The position numbers and the translations under genes were made by a program. A stretch of DNA of 64,000 nucleotides from Guyparkeria hydrothermalis. GTDB taxonomy: Bacteria > Pseudomonadota > Gammaproteobacteria > Halothiobacillales > Halothiobacillaceae. This document shows, piece by piece, positions 9,320 to 25,852 of the stretch (its first letter is position 1; the number at the start of each line of letters is the position of its first letter). The stretch lies in the NCBI RefSeq assembly GCF_023555385.1, contig NZ_JAJSED010000001.1:1964311-2028310 (forward strand), given 5' to 3'. Under the pieces are notes generated by a model, which ran no database searches, was not told the DNA's origin, and saw only the letters and a list, made by a program, of their open reading frames with translations.

Positions 9320-9728
9320 CGCGCTGCACACGCTCGAGGCGTTCGTGGCGTTCCTGAGCCTCGATGGTCAGCGTGGCGATCGGGCGGGCCTCGAGGCGCT
9401 TGAGGCCGATTTCGTCACCGGTCTCCTCGCAGAAGCCGTAGTCGCCGTCGCTGATGCGCTTCAAGGCCTTGTCGATCTTGTTGATCAGCTTGCGGTAGCG
9501 ATCGCGGGTGCGCAGCTCGAGGGCGGCGTCCGACTCCAGCGTTGCCCGGTCGTTGATATCGGGCTCCTGCCAGTTCTCTTCGCGCAGGTGGTTGATGGTC
9601 GAATCCGATTCGGTCATCAACTGGTCGCGCCAGGTCAGGAGTTTCTGCCGGAAGTACTCCAGCTGCATCGGGTTCATGTATTCCTCGTCTTCCGAGGGCT
9701 TGTAACCTTCCGGGAGTTCAACTGCCAT
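9312..9728 (-). CDS. dksA: RNA polymerase-binding transcription factor DksA
   Basis: DksA C4 zinc finger (CEETGDEIGLKRLEARPIATLTIEAQE with paired Cys) and coiled-coil N-terminal region; start at ATG 9728 (MAVELPEGYKP) inside longer ORF. Confidence 0.9.
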   Translation of the reverse strand: MAVELPEGYKPSEDEEYMNPMQLEYFRQKLLTWRDQLMTESDSTINHLREENWQEPDINDRATLESDAALELRTRDRYRKLINKIDKALKRISDGDYGFCEETGDEIGLKRLEARPIATLTIEAQERHERLERVQRDD

Positions 9729-9932
9729 GTTTTGCACCACCTCTGCCCGAGCAGACGCTGAAATTTGAAATGGAATGCGCCGAAAGACGACTCGCGGCGT
9801 GGGACCCGGCGGGTCGGTGTGGGCCGCTGCCTGCCTCGTCATCCGGTCCATGGCCGTTGACGGGCGACGGGCAAGTATAGGGGTGCCGCTCGGTCAGCGC
9901 AACGCCCGCACGGCCGGCTTGGCGGTTGCCAA

Positions 9933-10715
9933 TCAAGGGCTTGTGGGAGTTTCGTCGCGAAGGCGGCGGTCGCTGGTGAACACCCAGGTGCGGGTGATCA
10001 CCAGCCGGTCGTGCTCGGCGGCGAGTTCGGCCGGGAACGGCGGATAGGGCGCCGCCGCCTGCAACAGGTTGCGCGCGGCGTTGTCGACCACCGAATTGCC
10101 CGAGGAACGCCGGATGGCCAGATTGAGCACATGCCCCTTCTTGCCGATCGTGACCTCCAGGATTACCCGGCCCGAGAGGTTCTGCTGGACCAGCGCCGAC
10201 GGATAGTGTTCGTTGCCGTAGACCTCGACCTGGCGCTTCCAGCGCGCGAGGTACCGCCCGGGCGGGCCGTGCTGCGTGCGGCTGGTGGCGTAGCCCGTCC
10301 GCAGGGCGGTGTTCACCTGCTGGTAGAGCCGGTCGATGCGGTCCTGGGTCGAGAGGTCGCGCGGGGTTTCACTCATACCGCCCGCGCCCTCGTGCTGGGG
10401 GCCTTGCCCGTCTTCGCGCAGGGTGTCGCTGGCGCTGTCGGGGCCGGCCTGCCCGGCCAAGGTGGGATCGGTCGGCAGGTCGAGGGCTTCGCTATCGGTC
10501 CGTTGGCCGGCATCGAGGCTGCGCTCGGCCTCCGGCGCGTCCAGGGTGATCTCGATAACGGGCTGGCGTTCGACTTCCGGGCGGGTGAAGTGCACCAGCA
10601 GCAGGCCGATGTGCACCAGGACGGCCAGCACGATCGCCGCCTTGAGCACGCGGTTCGATCCGAGTGTTCCGGCGGCTGCGGCCCGCTCGTCAGTTGCGAT
10701 TCTCTGGGTTGGCAT
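9933..10715 (-). CDS. TonB family energy transducer (C-terminal TonB domain)
   Basis: N-terminal TM helix, Pro/Glu-rich spacer, C-terminal TonB-like domain (GRVILEVTIGKKGHVLNLAIRRSSGNSVVDNAA). Confidence 0.7.
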   Translation of the reverse strand: MPTQRIATDERAAAAGTLGSNRVLKAAIVLAVLVHIGLLLVHFTRPEVERQPVIEITLDAPEAERSLDAGQRTDSEALDLPTDPTLAGQAGPDSASDTLREDGQGPQHEGAGGMSETPRDLSTQDRIDRLYQQVNTALRTGYATSRTQHGPPGRYLARWKRQVEVYGNEHYPSALVQQNLSGRVILEVTIGKKGHVLNLAIRRSSGNSVVDNAARNLLQAAAPYPPFPAELAAEHDRLVITRTWVFTSDRRLRDETPTSP

Positions 10716-10736
10716 CCTTGCCCTCTCGGCTGATGG

Positions 10737-11795
10737 TCAAATCGTCTGCCAGTCGGTGGTCTCGCCGGCGGTCGACGGTTGCATCGCTTGCTGCATGCCC
10801 TTGTCCCGCCACGGCTGCCCATTCTCGGTCACAAGCAGGACGCCGTCGAGTCCCAGTCGCCGGGCGAAGCGTCCGGCTTCATCGGGATCGATCAGCATCA
10901 AGGCGGTGGCCGCGCCATCGGCGATCACCGGGTCGCGACCGAGAACGGTGGTGCCGGCGTTGCTGTGCGCGGGGCGGGCGGTCAAGGGGTCGAGAATGTG
11001 GCCGAAGGTTTCGCCACGGTAGTCCAAGCGTCGTTCGTAGTTGCCCGAGCTGCACAGCGCCCGCCGGCCGCCAAGCTCAATGCCACCCAGCGGGGCATCG
11101 CCCAGCGGGTCGCGGATGCCCAGCCGCCAGTCGCGGTCGCCGGGACGACCGAGCGTGTACAGGTCGCCCCCGGTGTCGAGCAGGCAGTCGGTCACGCCCA
11201 ACTGCTCGATGGCGGCCAGTACGCGCTGGGCGGCGAAGCCCTCGGCCAGGGAGTTGAAGTCGAACTGCACCCGTCGGTTGTCGACCTGGATCCGGTCGCC
11301 ATCGACATGGACATCATCGAGCGAGGGGGCATCGGTCAGCCAGGCGTCGAGTGTCTTTTCCGCGGGTGGGACGGTGCGTTGCTGGCGCCCGCCGTCGTCA
11401 TGAAAGCCCCATCGTTCGATCAGCCCGCCGATGGTCGGGTCGAAACGCCCGCCGCTGGCCTCGAACAGCGGGCGTGCGGCCCGGATCAGGCTGATGATGT
11501 CGTCGCTCGCTCGCGCCGTGCCGTGGCTGGCGAGCTGCCGGTTCAGGCGCGTCAGCTCGCTGTCCTTCCATGGGTGCAGGCGGCGATAGAGCGGTTCGAC
11601 GATCGTTTCGGCCGTGCCGAGCGCCTCGTTGATGCGTTCCGGTGACGTGTCGTGGAAGGTCAGCGTCCAGACCTGGCCGAATACCGAAAAGCCGCCCTCG
11701 CGCAGGGACGGGCTGTCCGAGCAGGCGGGCAGGAGGGACGCAACCGGCAGACCGGCCAACGCGGCCAGCAGGGCGCGTCGCCGCGAGTCGATCAC
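10737..11795 (-). CDS. apbE: FAD:protein FMN transferase ApbE (predicted Tat/lipoprotein signal)
   Basis: ApbE-like sequence throughout; start placed at GTG 11795 (VIDSRRRALLAALAGLPVASLLPAC, twin-arginine plus lipobox-like) giving GTGA overlap with gshB stop; upstream ATG-extended frame would overlap gshB by 165 nt. Confidence 0.75.
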   Translation of the reverse strand: MIDSRRRALLAALAGLPVASLLPACSDSPSLREGGFSVFGQVWTLTFHDTSPERINEALGTAETIVEPLYRRLHPWKDSELTRLNRQLASHGTARASDDIISLIRAARPLFEASGGRFDPTIGGLIERWGFHDDGGRQQRTVPPAEKTLDAWLTDAPSLDDVHVDGDRIQVDNRRVQFDFNSLAEGFAAQRVLAAIEQLGVTDCLLDTGGDLYTLGRPGDRDWRLGIRDPLGDAPLGGIELGGRRALCSSGNYERRLDYRGETFGHILDPLTARPAHSNAGTTVLGRDPVIADGAATALMLIDPDEAGRFARRLGLDGVLLVTENGQPWRDKGMQQAMQPSTAGETTDWQTI

Positions 11796-12736
11796 GTCGG
11801 CACGCGTGTCGCTAGGTGATCGAGCAACTGTCCGGTGACGTCCTGCCCGGTGGCGGCGCTGATCTCCCGGGCGCAGGTGGGACTGGTGACGTTGACCTCG
11901 GTCAGCCAGTCGCCGATCACGTCCAGGCCGACGAACCAGTGACCGCGTTCGGCCAGCCACGGCCCGACCGCCGCGGCAATCTCCCGGTCACGCTCGCGAA
12001 GCGGCACCACCTCGCCGCGTCCGCCGGCGGCGAGGTTGGCGCGGAAGCTCTTCTGCCCCGGGATGCGCAGCAGGGCGTGGTCGACCGGTTCGCCGTCGAT
12101 CAGCAGCACGCGCCGGTCGCCGGTGCGGATCTCGGGCAGGTAGCGCTGCGCCATGACCAGTTCGGTCTGGTCCTTGGTCATGACCTCGAGGATCACCTGG
12201 GTGTTGACGTCGTCCTCGTGGACCTTGAAGACCGAACTGCCGCCCATGGCGTCCAGTGGCTTGACCACGATCTCGCCCTGCTCGGCGGCGAAGGCGCGCA
12301 ACTGGGCAATCGAGCGGCTCACCAGTGTCGGCGGGCAGAAGTCGGGGAAGTGCTGGGCCAGCAGTTTCTCGTTGGCCGCGCGCACCGCGTCGGGGCGGTT
12401 GGCCACCACGACACCCGCCTGCTCGGCCAGCGACAGCAGGCCGGTGATGTAGTGGTAGTCGAGGTCGATCGGCGGATCCTGACGCTGCAGGATGATGTCG
12501 AAGTCCGTCAGGGCGCGAGCAGAGCGCTCGCCCAGCGTGTGGAAGTCCCGGTCGCGATCGACGACGTGGACCGGCGCGGCCTCGGCCCGCGGTGCGCCAT
12601 CGGCAAAGAACAGCCATTCGGGCTCGATGTACCAGCATTCCCAGCCGCGTGCCTGGGCGCTGAGCAGGAACGCGAAGGACGTGTCCTTCCATGGTTTGAT
12701 CCGATCAATCGGATCCATGACGACGGCGATGCGCAT
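11792..12736 (-). CDS. gshB: glutathione synthetase
   Basis: ATP-grasp GshB signature; start at ATG 12736 (MRIAVVMDPIDRIK). Confidence 0.9.
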   Translation of the reverse strand: MRIAVVMDPIDRIKPWKDTSFAFLLSAQARGWECWYIEPEWLFFADGAPRAEAAPVHVVDRDRDFHTLGERSARALTDFDIILQRQDPPIDLDYHYITGLLSLAEQAGVVVANRPDAVRAANEKLLAQHFPDFCPPTLVSRSIAQLRAFAAEQGEIVVKPLDAMGGSSVFKVHEDDVNTQVILEVMTKDQTELVMAQRYLPEIRTGDRRVLLIDGEPVDHALLRIPGQKSFRANLAAGGRGEVVPLRERDREIAAAVGPWLAERGHWFVGLDVIGDWLTEVNVTSPTCAREISAATGQDVTGQLLDHLATRVPT

Positions 12737-12764
12737 GAGGCGGCTCCGCTTGCGGTCGGTGGGG

Positions 12765-14108
12765 TCAGCCGGCGGCCGAGTCACCGGCTGGACCGCCGAT
12801 CAGGTCGCGCTGTTCTCGCGCGGCGGCCAGCAATGCCAAGCGAGCGACCACGCCGTAGCAGTACAGCCGGTTCTGGTCGCTGTCGGGCGAGGCATCCGGC
12901 GCCGGGGTGACGCAGGACTGGGTGAAGGGCAGCGGGACGAATTCCGCGCCCGGCGAATTGAGGTTCTCGCTCTGGCCTTTCTTGGTGTGCACGCGATAGA
13001 AGCCGCCCACCACATGGCGGTCGATCATGTAGAGCACCGGTTCGGCGACATGGCCGCTCGAGCCCAGGCGCTCGAAGCTGTAGATCCCTTCCTGGATCAA
13101 CACCCGGTTGATCCCGCGACCGTCCTTGGAGGCAGCCATGCGGGTGCGCTGCTTGCGGTTGAGACCCACCACGTCCTCGGTCGACTGGGCCATCATTACG
13201 CCCATGCCGTAGGTGCCGGCATCCGCCTTGATCACCACGAACGGCTTCTCGCGGATCTCGAGTTCGTCGTATTTCTTCTGGATGGCGTCCAGCATTTCGC
13301 CCACCTTCTCCTGCAGGCAGGCTTCGCCCTCGCGTTTCATGAAGTCGATCTGGCCGCAGTCGAGGATCATCGGCGCCAGGTGCCATGGGTCAAGGTCGAT
13401 CAGCTCGGCCAGCTCGGTGGCAAGCGCCTGGTAGTGGCTGAAGTGGTTGAATTTCGATCGATTCCACCACCCCAGCGCGGTCGGCGGCACGACGGTCTGC
13501 TCGAGGTCGTCGAGGATTTCCTCGCGCCCGCCGGAGAGATCGTTGTTGAGCACGATGGTGCAGGGCGAGAAGCCATCGACCTCAATGCGCCGCCCCTCGC
13601 GGTGGATCGGGTGCTGAATCAGCGTCCGCCCGGAGGGCAGCTCGAAGCGGGCGGGCTCGTCCAACTCGTCGAGCGAGCCGATGCGCGTCTCGAAGCCGGC
13701 CAGTTCGAACAGCTCCGCCATCGTCGCCAGCGACTCGAGGTAGAACTGGTTGCGGGTGTGACGCTCCGGAATGATCAGCATGCCGCGTGCGTCGGGGCAG
13801 GCATGTTCGACCGCCGACTGGATCGCCTGGACGACCAGCGGATCGAAGCTGTGGTTGAGATTGTTGAAGCCTGCCGGGAAGAGGTTGGTATCCACCGGGC
13901 CCAGCTTGTAGCCGGCATTGCGCAGGTCCACCGACGAGTAGAACGGAGCAGGGGTGTGGCGCCACTGCTCCCGGAACCACGTCTCGATATGGCGGCGGTT
14001 CTCGATGATGTGGGATTCGATCATCAGCAGTGGGCCGCAGTAGTTCGCCTCGAGTTCCGGGGTGAGTTCGTTGCTGTCGATCTGCAGGGCTGAGTGATTG
14101 TTTGACAT
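12765..14108 (-). CDS. gshA: glutamate--cysteine ligase
   Basis: Proteobacterial GshA-like sequence (about 447 aa from MSNNHSALQ); start at ATG 14108 inside longer ORF. Confidence 0.85.
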   Translation of the reverse strand: MSNNHSALQIDSNELTPELEANYCGPLLMIESHIIENRRHIETWFREQWRHTPAPFYSSVDLRNAGYKLGPVDTNLFPAGFNNLNHSFDPLVVQAIQSAVEHACPDARGMLIIPERHTRNQFYLESLATMAELFELAGFETRIGSLDELDEPARFELPSGRTLIQHPIHREGRRIEVDGFSPCTIVLNNDLSGGREEILDDLEQTVVPPTALGWWNRSKFNHFSHYQALATELAELIDLDPWHLAPMILDCGQIDFMKREGEACLQEKVGEMLDAIQKKYDELEIREKPFVVIKADAGTYGMGVMMAQSTEDVVGLNRKQRTRMAASKDGRGINRVLIQEGIYSFERLGSSGHVAEPVLYMIDRHVVGGFYRVHTKKGQSENLNSPGAEFVPLPFTQSCVTPAPDASPDSDQNRLYCYGVVARLALLAAAREQRDLIGGPAGDSAAG

Positions 14109-14305
14109 CGAATTTTCGTCAGGCTCTTCGCTGGGTGGCGTGGCGGGCCAGTGGGCGGCAGGCGTTCGCTGGCGGTATTGTAAACGATGGGGCGCTGCCT
14201 TGTTCCGCCGCCGTGTCGGTCGTGCGGGCGTTTGCCAAAGTGAAGCACGTTGGTTACATTCCGGACGGAGCACGGCAAGAATCGGCCAGCAGCAAGGACG
14301 AAGAC

Positions 14306-14737
14306 ATGGAAGCGACAGAGAATCACGCGGGCCTCGAGGGGCTTAGGGTCATGGTGGTCGACGACAGTAAGACCATCCGACGGACGGCTGACAGCATCCT
14401 CAGCAAGGCCGGTTGCGAGGTCGAGAGTGCGATCGACGGGTTCGACGCGCTGGCACGGATCGGCGGTTTCGATCCCGACGTCGTGATTATCGATATCCTC
14501 ATGCCGCGTCTCGACGGCTACCAGACCACGGCGTTGATCAAGAACAACGATCGCTTCGCCGGCACCCCCATCATCCTGCTGTCCAGCAAGGACAGCATCT
14601 TCGACAAGGCGCGTGGGCGCATTGTCGGCGCCTCCGACTACCTCACCAAGCCCTTCAACAGTGACGAGATCCTGGCGGCCGTCGAGCGGTTCGCCGAGGG
14701 GCGTCCTGTGGCCGACGAGGGCGCGATAGCTGGCTGA
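14306..14737 (+). CDS. pilG: twitching-motility response regulator PilG (CheY-like)
   Basis: Single REC domain (VMVVDDSKTIRR...IIDILMPRLDGY...SKDS); first gene of pilGHIJ-chpA cluster. Confidence 0.85.
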   Translation: MEATENHAGLEGLRVMVVDDSKTIRRTADSILSKAGCEVESAIDGFDALARIGGFDPDVVIIDILMPRLDGYQTTALIKNNDRFAGTPIILLSSKDSIFDKARGRIVGASDYLTKPFNSDEILAAVERFAEGRPVADEGAIAG

Positions 14738-14806
14738 GGCCCGGACGGCAGTCGGTCTTGGCCGGCGACGGTATCTGAATCGGATTTTTTCTAGAGGAAC
14801 AGGGTA

Positions 14807-15169
14807 GTGGCTCACATCGTTGTCATTGATGACTCGCCGACCGAGGTGTATGTGCTCCAGCAGATTCTCGAGCGTCATGGTCACCAGGTTTCCGTGGCCA
14901 ACAGCGGCGAGGAGGGTGTCGATCTGGTTCGGCAAGTGCGTCCCGATGCGGTGCTGATGGACGTAGTGATGCCCGGCATGAACGGCTTCCAGGCCACCCG
15001 CACGCTCAACAAGGACGGTGGAACCAGCGACATCCCGGTGATCATCGTGACCACCAAGGATCAGCAGACCGACCGGATCTGGGGCATGCGCCAGGGCGCG
15101 AAGGAATACTTGGTCAAGCCGGTCAAGGAAGCCGACCTGATCTCCGTGCTCAAGAGCGTGCTCGGCTGA
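14807..15169 (+). CDS. pilH: twitching-motility response regulator PilH (CheY-like)
   Basis: 120-aa single REC domain (IVVIDDSPTE...LMDVVMPGMNGF). Confidence 0.8.
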   Translation: MAHIVVIDDSPTEVYVLQQILERHGHQVSVANSGEEGVDLVRQVRPDAVLMDVVMPGMNGFQATRTLNKDGGTSDIPVIIVTTKDQQTDRIWGMRQGAKEYLVKPVKEADLISVLKSVLG

Positions 15170-15173
15170 CGCC

Positions 15174-15722
15174 ATGTCGCACTCTGAAGACGCGTTCGAC
15201 TACCTCGATTGGCTCAACGTCCAGGTCGATGCGCATGCGGTCGGCCTGCCGAGGAACGAGGACCACGTCCGGACCTGGCAGGGCATTCTGTTTGCCGTGG
15301 ACGGTCGCCGCATGCTGGTCGCACTCGACGAGGTGCGCGCGATCGTCACCCCGCCGCGCCAGGTGATGCTCCCGGGCGCCAAGCCTTGGGTAGTCGGCCT
15401 GGCGAACCTGCGCGGCGAGCTGACCGGGGTCTTCGACCTGGCTCGCTTCTGGTTCGATACCGCGTCGCCGGCCTCGCGTCACAGCGTGGTTTTCCTGGCG
15501 AAACACGCCCAGGCCGCGTCCGCCTTTCTCGTGGAGCGCTCCTACGGCATTCGGCAGGTGCCCTATGGAGAGGAGCGCCCGCTGAGCGAGTCCACGCACC
15601 ACGGGGATCTCGCCGCTCTGGCGGGCTTTCACCAAGAGGTGCGGCTGAACGACGAATGGCTGCCGGTGCTCGAGTTCCGCTCGCTGCTGGAAAACGACCA
15701 GTTTCTCAATGCCGTCGCATGA
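15174..15722 (+). CDS. pilI: CheW-like coupling protein PilI
   Basis: CheW-like domain; position between pilH and pilJ. Confidence 0.7.
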   Translation: MSHSEDAFDYLDWLNVQVDAHAVGLPRNEDHVRTWQGILFAVDGRRMLVALDEVRAIVTPPRQVMLPGAKPWVVGLANLRGELTGVFDLARFWFDTASPASRHSVVFLAKHAQAASAFLVERSYGIRQVPYGEERPLSESTHHGDLAALAGFHQEVRLNDEWLPVLEFRSLLENDQFLNAVA

Positions 15723-15782
15723 TGCCGCGGTTCCGGGCAGGAGCCCGCTAGCAACAAAATGATGAATCGATCTCAGGAGTAA

Positions 15783-17900
15783 GTGGCAACTATGAGTCTT
15801 GGCGCACGGATGGGCGGCATCAGCCGTAAGATACTGGTCCTCGTGGTCCTGGCGGTTCTGGCCCTGATCGCGACGGTTGTCGTTTTCATCTACTCGGCCC
15901 AGCGCGAACAGGATTTTCTTGATCGCCGCCTGGCGGCGGCCGAGCTCGAGCGCTCCTCGCAGGAGTTGACCATCGAGGTGCTGCGCGCGATCCGGGGCAA
16001 CCCGGGCGCCTTCGACCGGGTCCAGTCGATCCGCGCCGACTTCACCGACAGCCTCAACGCCCTCCAGGGTGAGGACCCCCAGCGTCCGCAGCTGGCGGTG
16101 CCGCCGAACCGTGAGGATCTCCTGGGTACGGTGGCCGAGCGCTGGAATGTCTACAACGACTCCCTGGCCAAGGTGCTCGAGGGGCGTGCCGCCATACTGA
16201 GCGTCGGCGAACAGTCCGGGCAGATCGAGGAGATCCTGCCGGATCTGACCGCCGCCTCGGACGAGGTGGTTCAGACGCTGGTTGCCAACGACGCGCCCAG
16301 CCACGTCATCTACCTCGCCACCCGTCAGTTGATGTTCATCGAGCGGATCGGGACGACGCTTGACGAGATCACCGGCGGTGGTGAGCAGGCGGTGAACGCC
16401 TCCGAGCGCTTCGGCCGGGACGTGGCGCTGTTTGGCGGCGTGTTGAACGGCCTGCTCAATGGCAACCGCATGGCCCCGCGGGTGAACAACCCGGCTGTCC
16501 GCGACGGGCTGCGCGAAGTGGGCGTGCTGTTCGCCACGGTCAACCAGCTCGTATCCGCCGTACTCGAACAGGCGCCGCAGCTGCTGGCAGCGAACCAGGC
16601 AGCCCGCGAGATCGACGTCATGTCGGGCGAGTTCACCCAGGCGAGTTCCGAGTTGGCGCGCACATTGGCCGAAGACCAGAACCAGGCCTCGCAGTTCCTC
16701 TACCTGGGTTATGCGAGCGGGGCGATCGGCCTGCTCTTCCTGATCTGGCTGGGTGTGACGCTGGTGCAGGAGTCCCGTCGCGCGCTGAATGAGACCGAGG
16801 CCACCAACCAGCGGAATCAGGCGGCGATCCTGCGTCTGCTCGACGAGATGATGACGCTGGCGGACGGGGACCTGACCGCGCACACCACCGTGACCGAGGA
16901 CATCACCGGCGCGATTGCCGACTCGGTCAACTACACCATCGACGCCCTACGCGACCTGGTGGGTACCATCAACGACACCTCGGTTCGGGTGGCCGAAGCG
17001 GTGCAGTCCTCGCAGGACAGCTCCCGCGCCCTCGCCGAGAAGTCGCGTGGCCAGGCCCAGCGGATCACCGAGATTTCGGACGCGATCGCGCAGATGTCCG
17101 ACGAGATCCAGAGCGTCTCGGTCAGCGCTCAGCAGTCGGCTCAGATTGCCGAGTCGTCGGTCGACGTGGCCCACCGCGGTGGCGATGCCGTGCGTCAAAC
17201 CATCAAGGGCATGAACCAGACCCGGGAGCAGATCCAGGAAACCTCCAAGCGACTCAAGCGCCTGGGCGAATCTTCGCAGGAGATCGGCGACATCGTCGGC
17301 CTGATCACCGACATCGCCGACCAGACCAACATCCTCGCACTCAACGCCGCCATCCAGGCGGCCATGGCTGGCGAGGCGGGCCGCGGCTTCGCGGTGGTCG
17401 CCGACGAGGTTCAGCGACTGGCCGAGCGCGTCAGTGATGCGACCCGCCAAATCGAGCTGTTGGTCAACACGATCCAGACCGATACCTCCGAGGCGATGCT
17501 CGCCATGGAGCAGACCACATCCAATGTCGTCGACGGTGCAACCTTGGCCGAGAATGCCGGCAAGGCGCTGTCCGAGATCGAAAGTGTCTCGCTGAAACTT
17601 TCTCAGCAGATCAACGACATCACCTCGGTCGCGCAGAAGGAGGCTTCGGTGGCCACCGACCTGCGTGAAGCGGTCAACCGGATCCGGCAGGAGACCCAGC
17701 AAACCGCCGAGAACGCCACCCAGGCGGCCGACGAGATCGGTGCACTCGGGTCGCTGTCCCAGGAGCTCAACCGTTCGGTCGCCGGCTTCACCATGCCCGA
17801 GCGCGACGAGGCATCGGTTGGGGCCGAACCGGTGGATGCGGTCGACGACGAGTCCGAGTCGGACGAGAGCTGGGACGAGCCGGCCGAAAAGCGGGCCTGA
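15783..17900 (+). CDS. pilJ: methyl-accepting chemotaxis protein PilJ
   Basis: N-terminal TM helix, periplasmic region, HAMP, MCP signalling domain with highly conserved hairpin ([32 protein letters not shown]). Confidence 0.85.
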   Translation: MATMSLGARMGGISRKILVLVVLAVLALIATVVVFIYSAQREQDFLDRRLAAAELERSSQELTIEVLRAIRGNPGAFDRVQSIRADFTDSLNALQGEDPQRPQLAVPPNREDLLGTVAERWNVYNDSLAKVLEGRAAILSVGEQSGQIEEILPDLTAASDEVVQTLVANDAPSHVIYLATRQLMFIERIGTTLDEITGGGEQAVNASERFGRDVALFGGVLNGLLNGNRMAPRVNNPAVRDGLREVGVLFATVNQLVSAVLEQAPQLLAANQAAREIDVMSGEFTQASSELARTLAEDQNQASQFLYLGYASGAIGLLFLIWLGVTLVQESRRALNETEATNQRNQAAILRLLDEMMTLADGDLTAHTTVTEDITGAIADSVNYTIDALRDLVGTINDTSVRVAEAVQSSQDSSRALAEKSRGQAQRITEISDAIAQMSDEIQSVSVSAQQSAQIAESSVDVAHRGGDAVRQTIKGMNQTREQIQETSKRLKRLGESSQEIGDIVGLITDIADQTNILALNAAIQAAMAGEAGRGFAVVADEVQRLAERVSDATRQIELLVNTIQTDTSEAMLAMEQTTSNVVDGATLAENAGKALSEIESVSLKLSQQINDITSVAQKEASVATDLREAVNRIRQETQQTAENATQAADEIGALGSLSQELNRSVAGFTMPERDEASVGAEPVDAVDDESESDESWDEPAEKRA

Positions 17901-17994
17901 TCCCGATCGGGTCAAAGGACCAAGCCTCCGGCGCCGTGATCACCGGCAGCGGAGATTCCAGCAGGCGGGATGCCGAAAGGCGGTGTAACTGAAG

Positions 17995-24594
<6,600 letters not shown>

Positions 24595-24601
24595 CGCCAC
24601 C

Positions 24602-25117
24602 ATGGATCAGCCGAACGAAACGCAGGAGCATGCCGGGGCCATCCGGGCCGTGCGCCTGCCGACCCAGCTCACCGAACTCGAGCTGCTCGTCCCCTACGCC
24701 CTGATTGCCGAGATTACCGATGTGTCGCTGCCCGAGGGCAGTATTCGGCTGGGACGGAACGAGGCGACCATCGTCAACTGGCGGGGCCAGCGCGTACCGC
24801 TGGTGAGCCTCGAGGCGATGAACGGCGAGTCCGTGCCGACGATCGGCCGGCGGGTGCGTTGTGCGGTGCTGTACGGCACCAATCCGGAGCGGGCGTTGCC
24901 CTACTTCGCCCTGCTACTGTCCGGCGTGCCCCGCTCGGAGCAGGTATTGCGCGGGCAGATGGAGGACGTCGGTGCCCGGGACAACCCGCTCTGGCGTGCG
25001 GTGGTTCGGCTGGGTGGCCGCCTGACCGCGATCCCCGATGTCCGTGAACTCGAGGAGCGTATCGACCAGATGCGCCTGGGCGAGGAAGAGGGGCCTCAGG
25101 CCGCGACCGACGACTAG
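24602..25117 (+). CDS. chpC: CheW-like protein ChpC
   Basis: CheW-like domain; start placed at ATG 24602 just after chpA stop (alternative ATG 24575 overlaps chpA). Confidence 0.65.
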   Translation: MDQPNETQEHAGAIRAVRLPTQLTELELLVPYALIAEITDVSLPEGSIRLGRNEATIVNWRGQRVPLVSLEAMNGESVPTIGRRVRCAVLYGTNPERALPYFALLLSGVPRSEQVLRGQMEDVGARDNPLWRAVVRLGGRLTAIPDVRELEERIDQMRLGEEEGPQAATDD

Positions 25118-25136
25118 CGGATCGAGCGCCGCCATG

Positions 25137-25175
25137 AAAAAACCCCGGTCACCTGACGGTTACCGGGGTTTTTCG
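25137..25175. terminator. bidirectional rho-independent terminator between chpC and convergent membrane-protein gene
   Basis: AAAAA-ACCCCGGT...ACCGGGGT-TTTTT hairpin with flanking A and T tracts. Confidence 0.8.
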
Positions 25176-25193
25176 GTTTCCGGGGCGTGATGC

Positions 25194-25820
25194 CTAGACA
25201 TGGCGGTGTTGCGACAGGCTCTCCCGGATCAGTTGGGATGTGGCCAGTGCCACGATCCCCACGGCGGCGTATGTCGCGGCCGTACCGAGGTAGCCGGTCA
25301 GATAGGGCGCGACGCTGGCCGCATAATCGCCCGCGCTCATCGTCTCGAACTGGCCGGAAAACGCGAAGAAGGTGACGTTCGCGATCCCGAAGGCCGCGGT
25401 CACGCCGACGATCAGCGCCGCGGCAATCAGGCCCAGCGTCGCAGGAAGCCCGGCAGAGGCATGCGCCTCCAGCTGTCGGCGTGCGAGCCGGCCTGCGCCC
25501 CACAGCGCGGCGTAGGCCAGCAATACGCCCGGGTAGGCGGGCGAGAAACAGCTGGCCATGGCCGCGCCGTCCATGACGACGCTGCCCAGATCGACGAGGA
25601 CCGCCACGACAAGCAAGCCGGCGAGCACGCGTGCCGAGCGGAACCACAACCCGGCGAGGAAGAACACGGCCCAGGAGGTGTCGGCCAAGTGCAGCACCGA
25701 GCTGAAGTGGTGATAACGCGTGGCCAGCATCGACAGGGCGAGCAGGGCCAGCGCCGCCACGCCGACGACTCGGCTGGACGGGAAGAGGCGGTCAAGCGTC
25801 GGGTTGGGCATCGGCAACAT
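25194..25820 (-). CDS. small polytopic membrane protein with single Cys, candidate BtuM-like cobalamin transporter
   Basis: 208 aa, about 6 predicted TM helices, one cysteine (MASCFSPAYPG); immediately downstream of and co-directional with btuB-like gene under B12 riboswitch. Confidence 0.55.
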   Translation of the reverse strand: MLPMPNPTLDRLFPSSRVVGVAALALLALSMLATRYHHFSSVLHLADTSWAVFFLAGLWFRSARVLAGLLVVAVLVDLGSVVMDGAAMASCFSPAYPGVLLAYAALWGAGRLARRQLEAHASAGLPATLGLIAAALIVGVTAAFGIANVTFFAFSGQFETMSAGDYAASVAPYLTGYLGTAATYAAVGIVALATSQLIRESLSQHRHV

Positions 25821-25852
25821 GCTCCTGAAAGCCGGTAGGAAGGCCGCTTATG

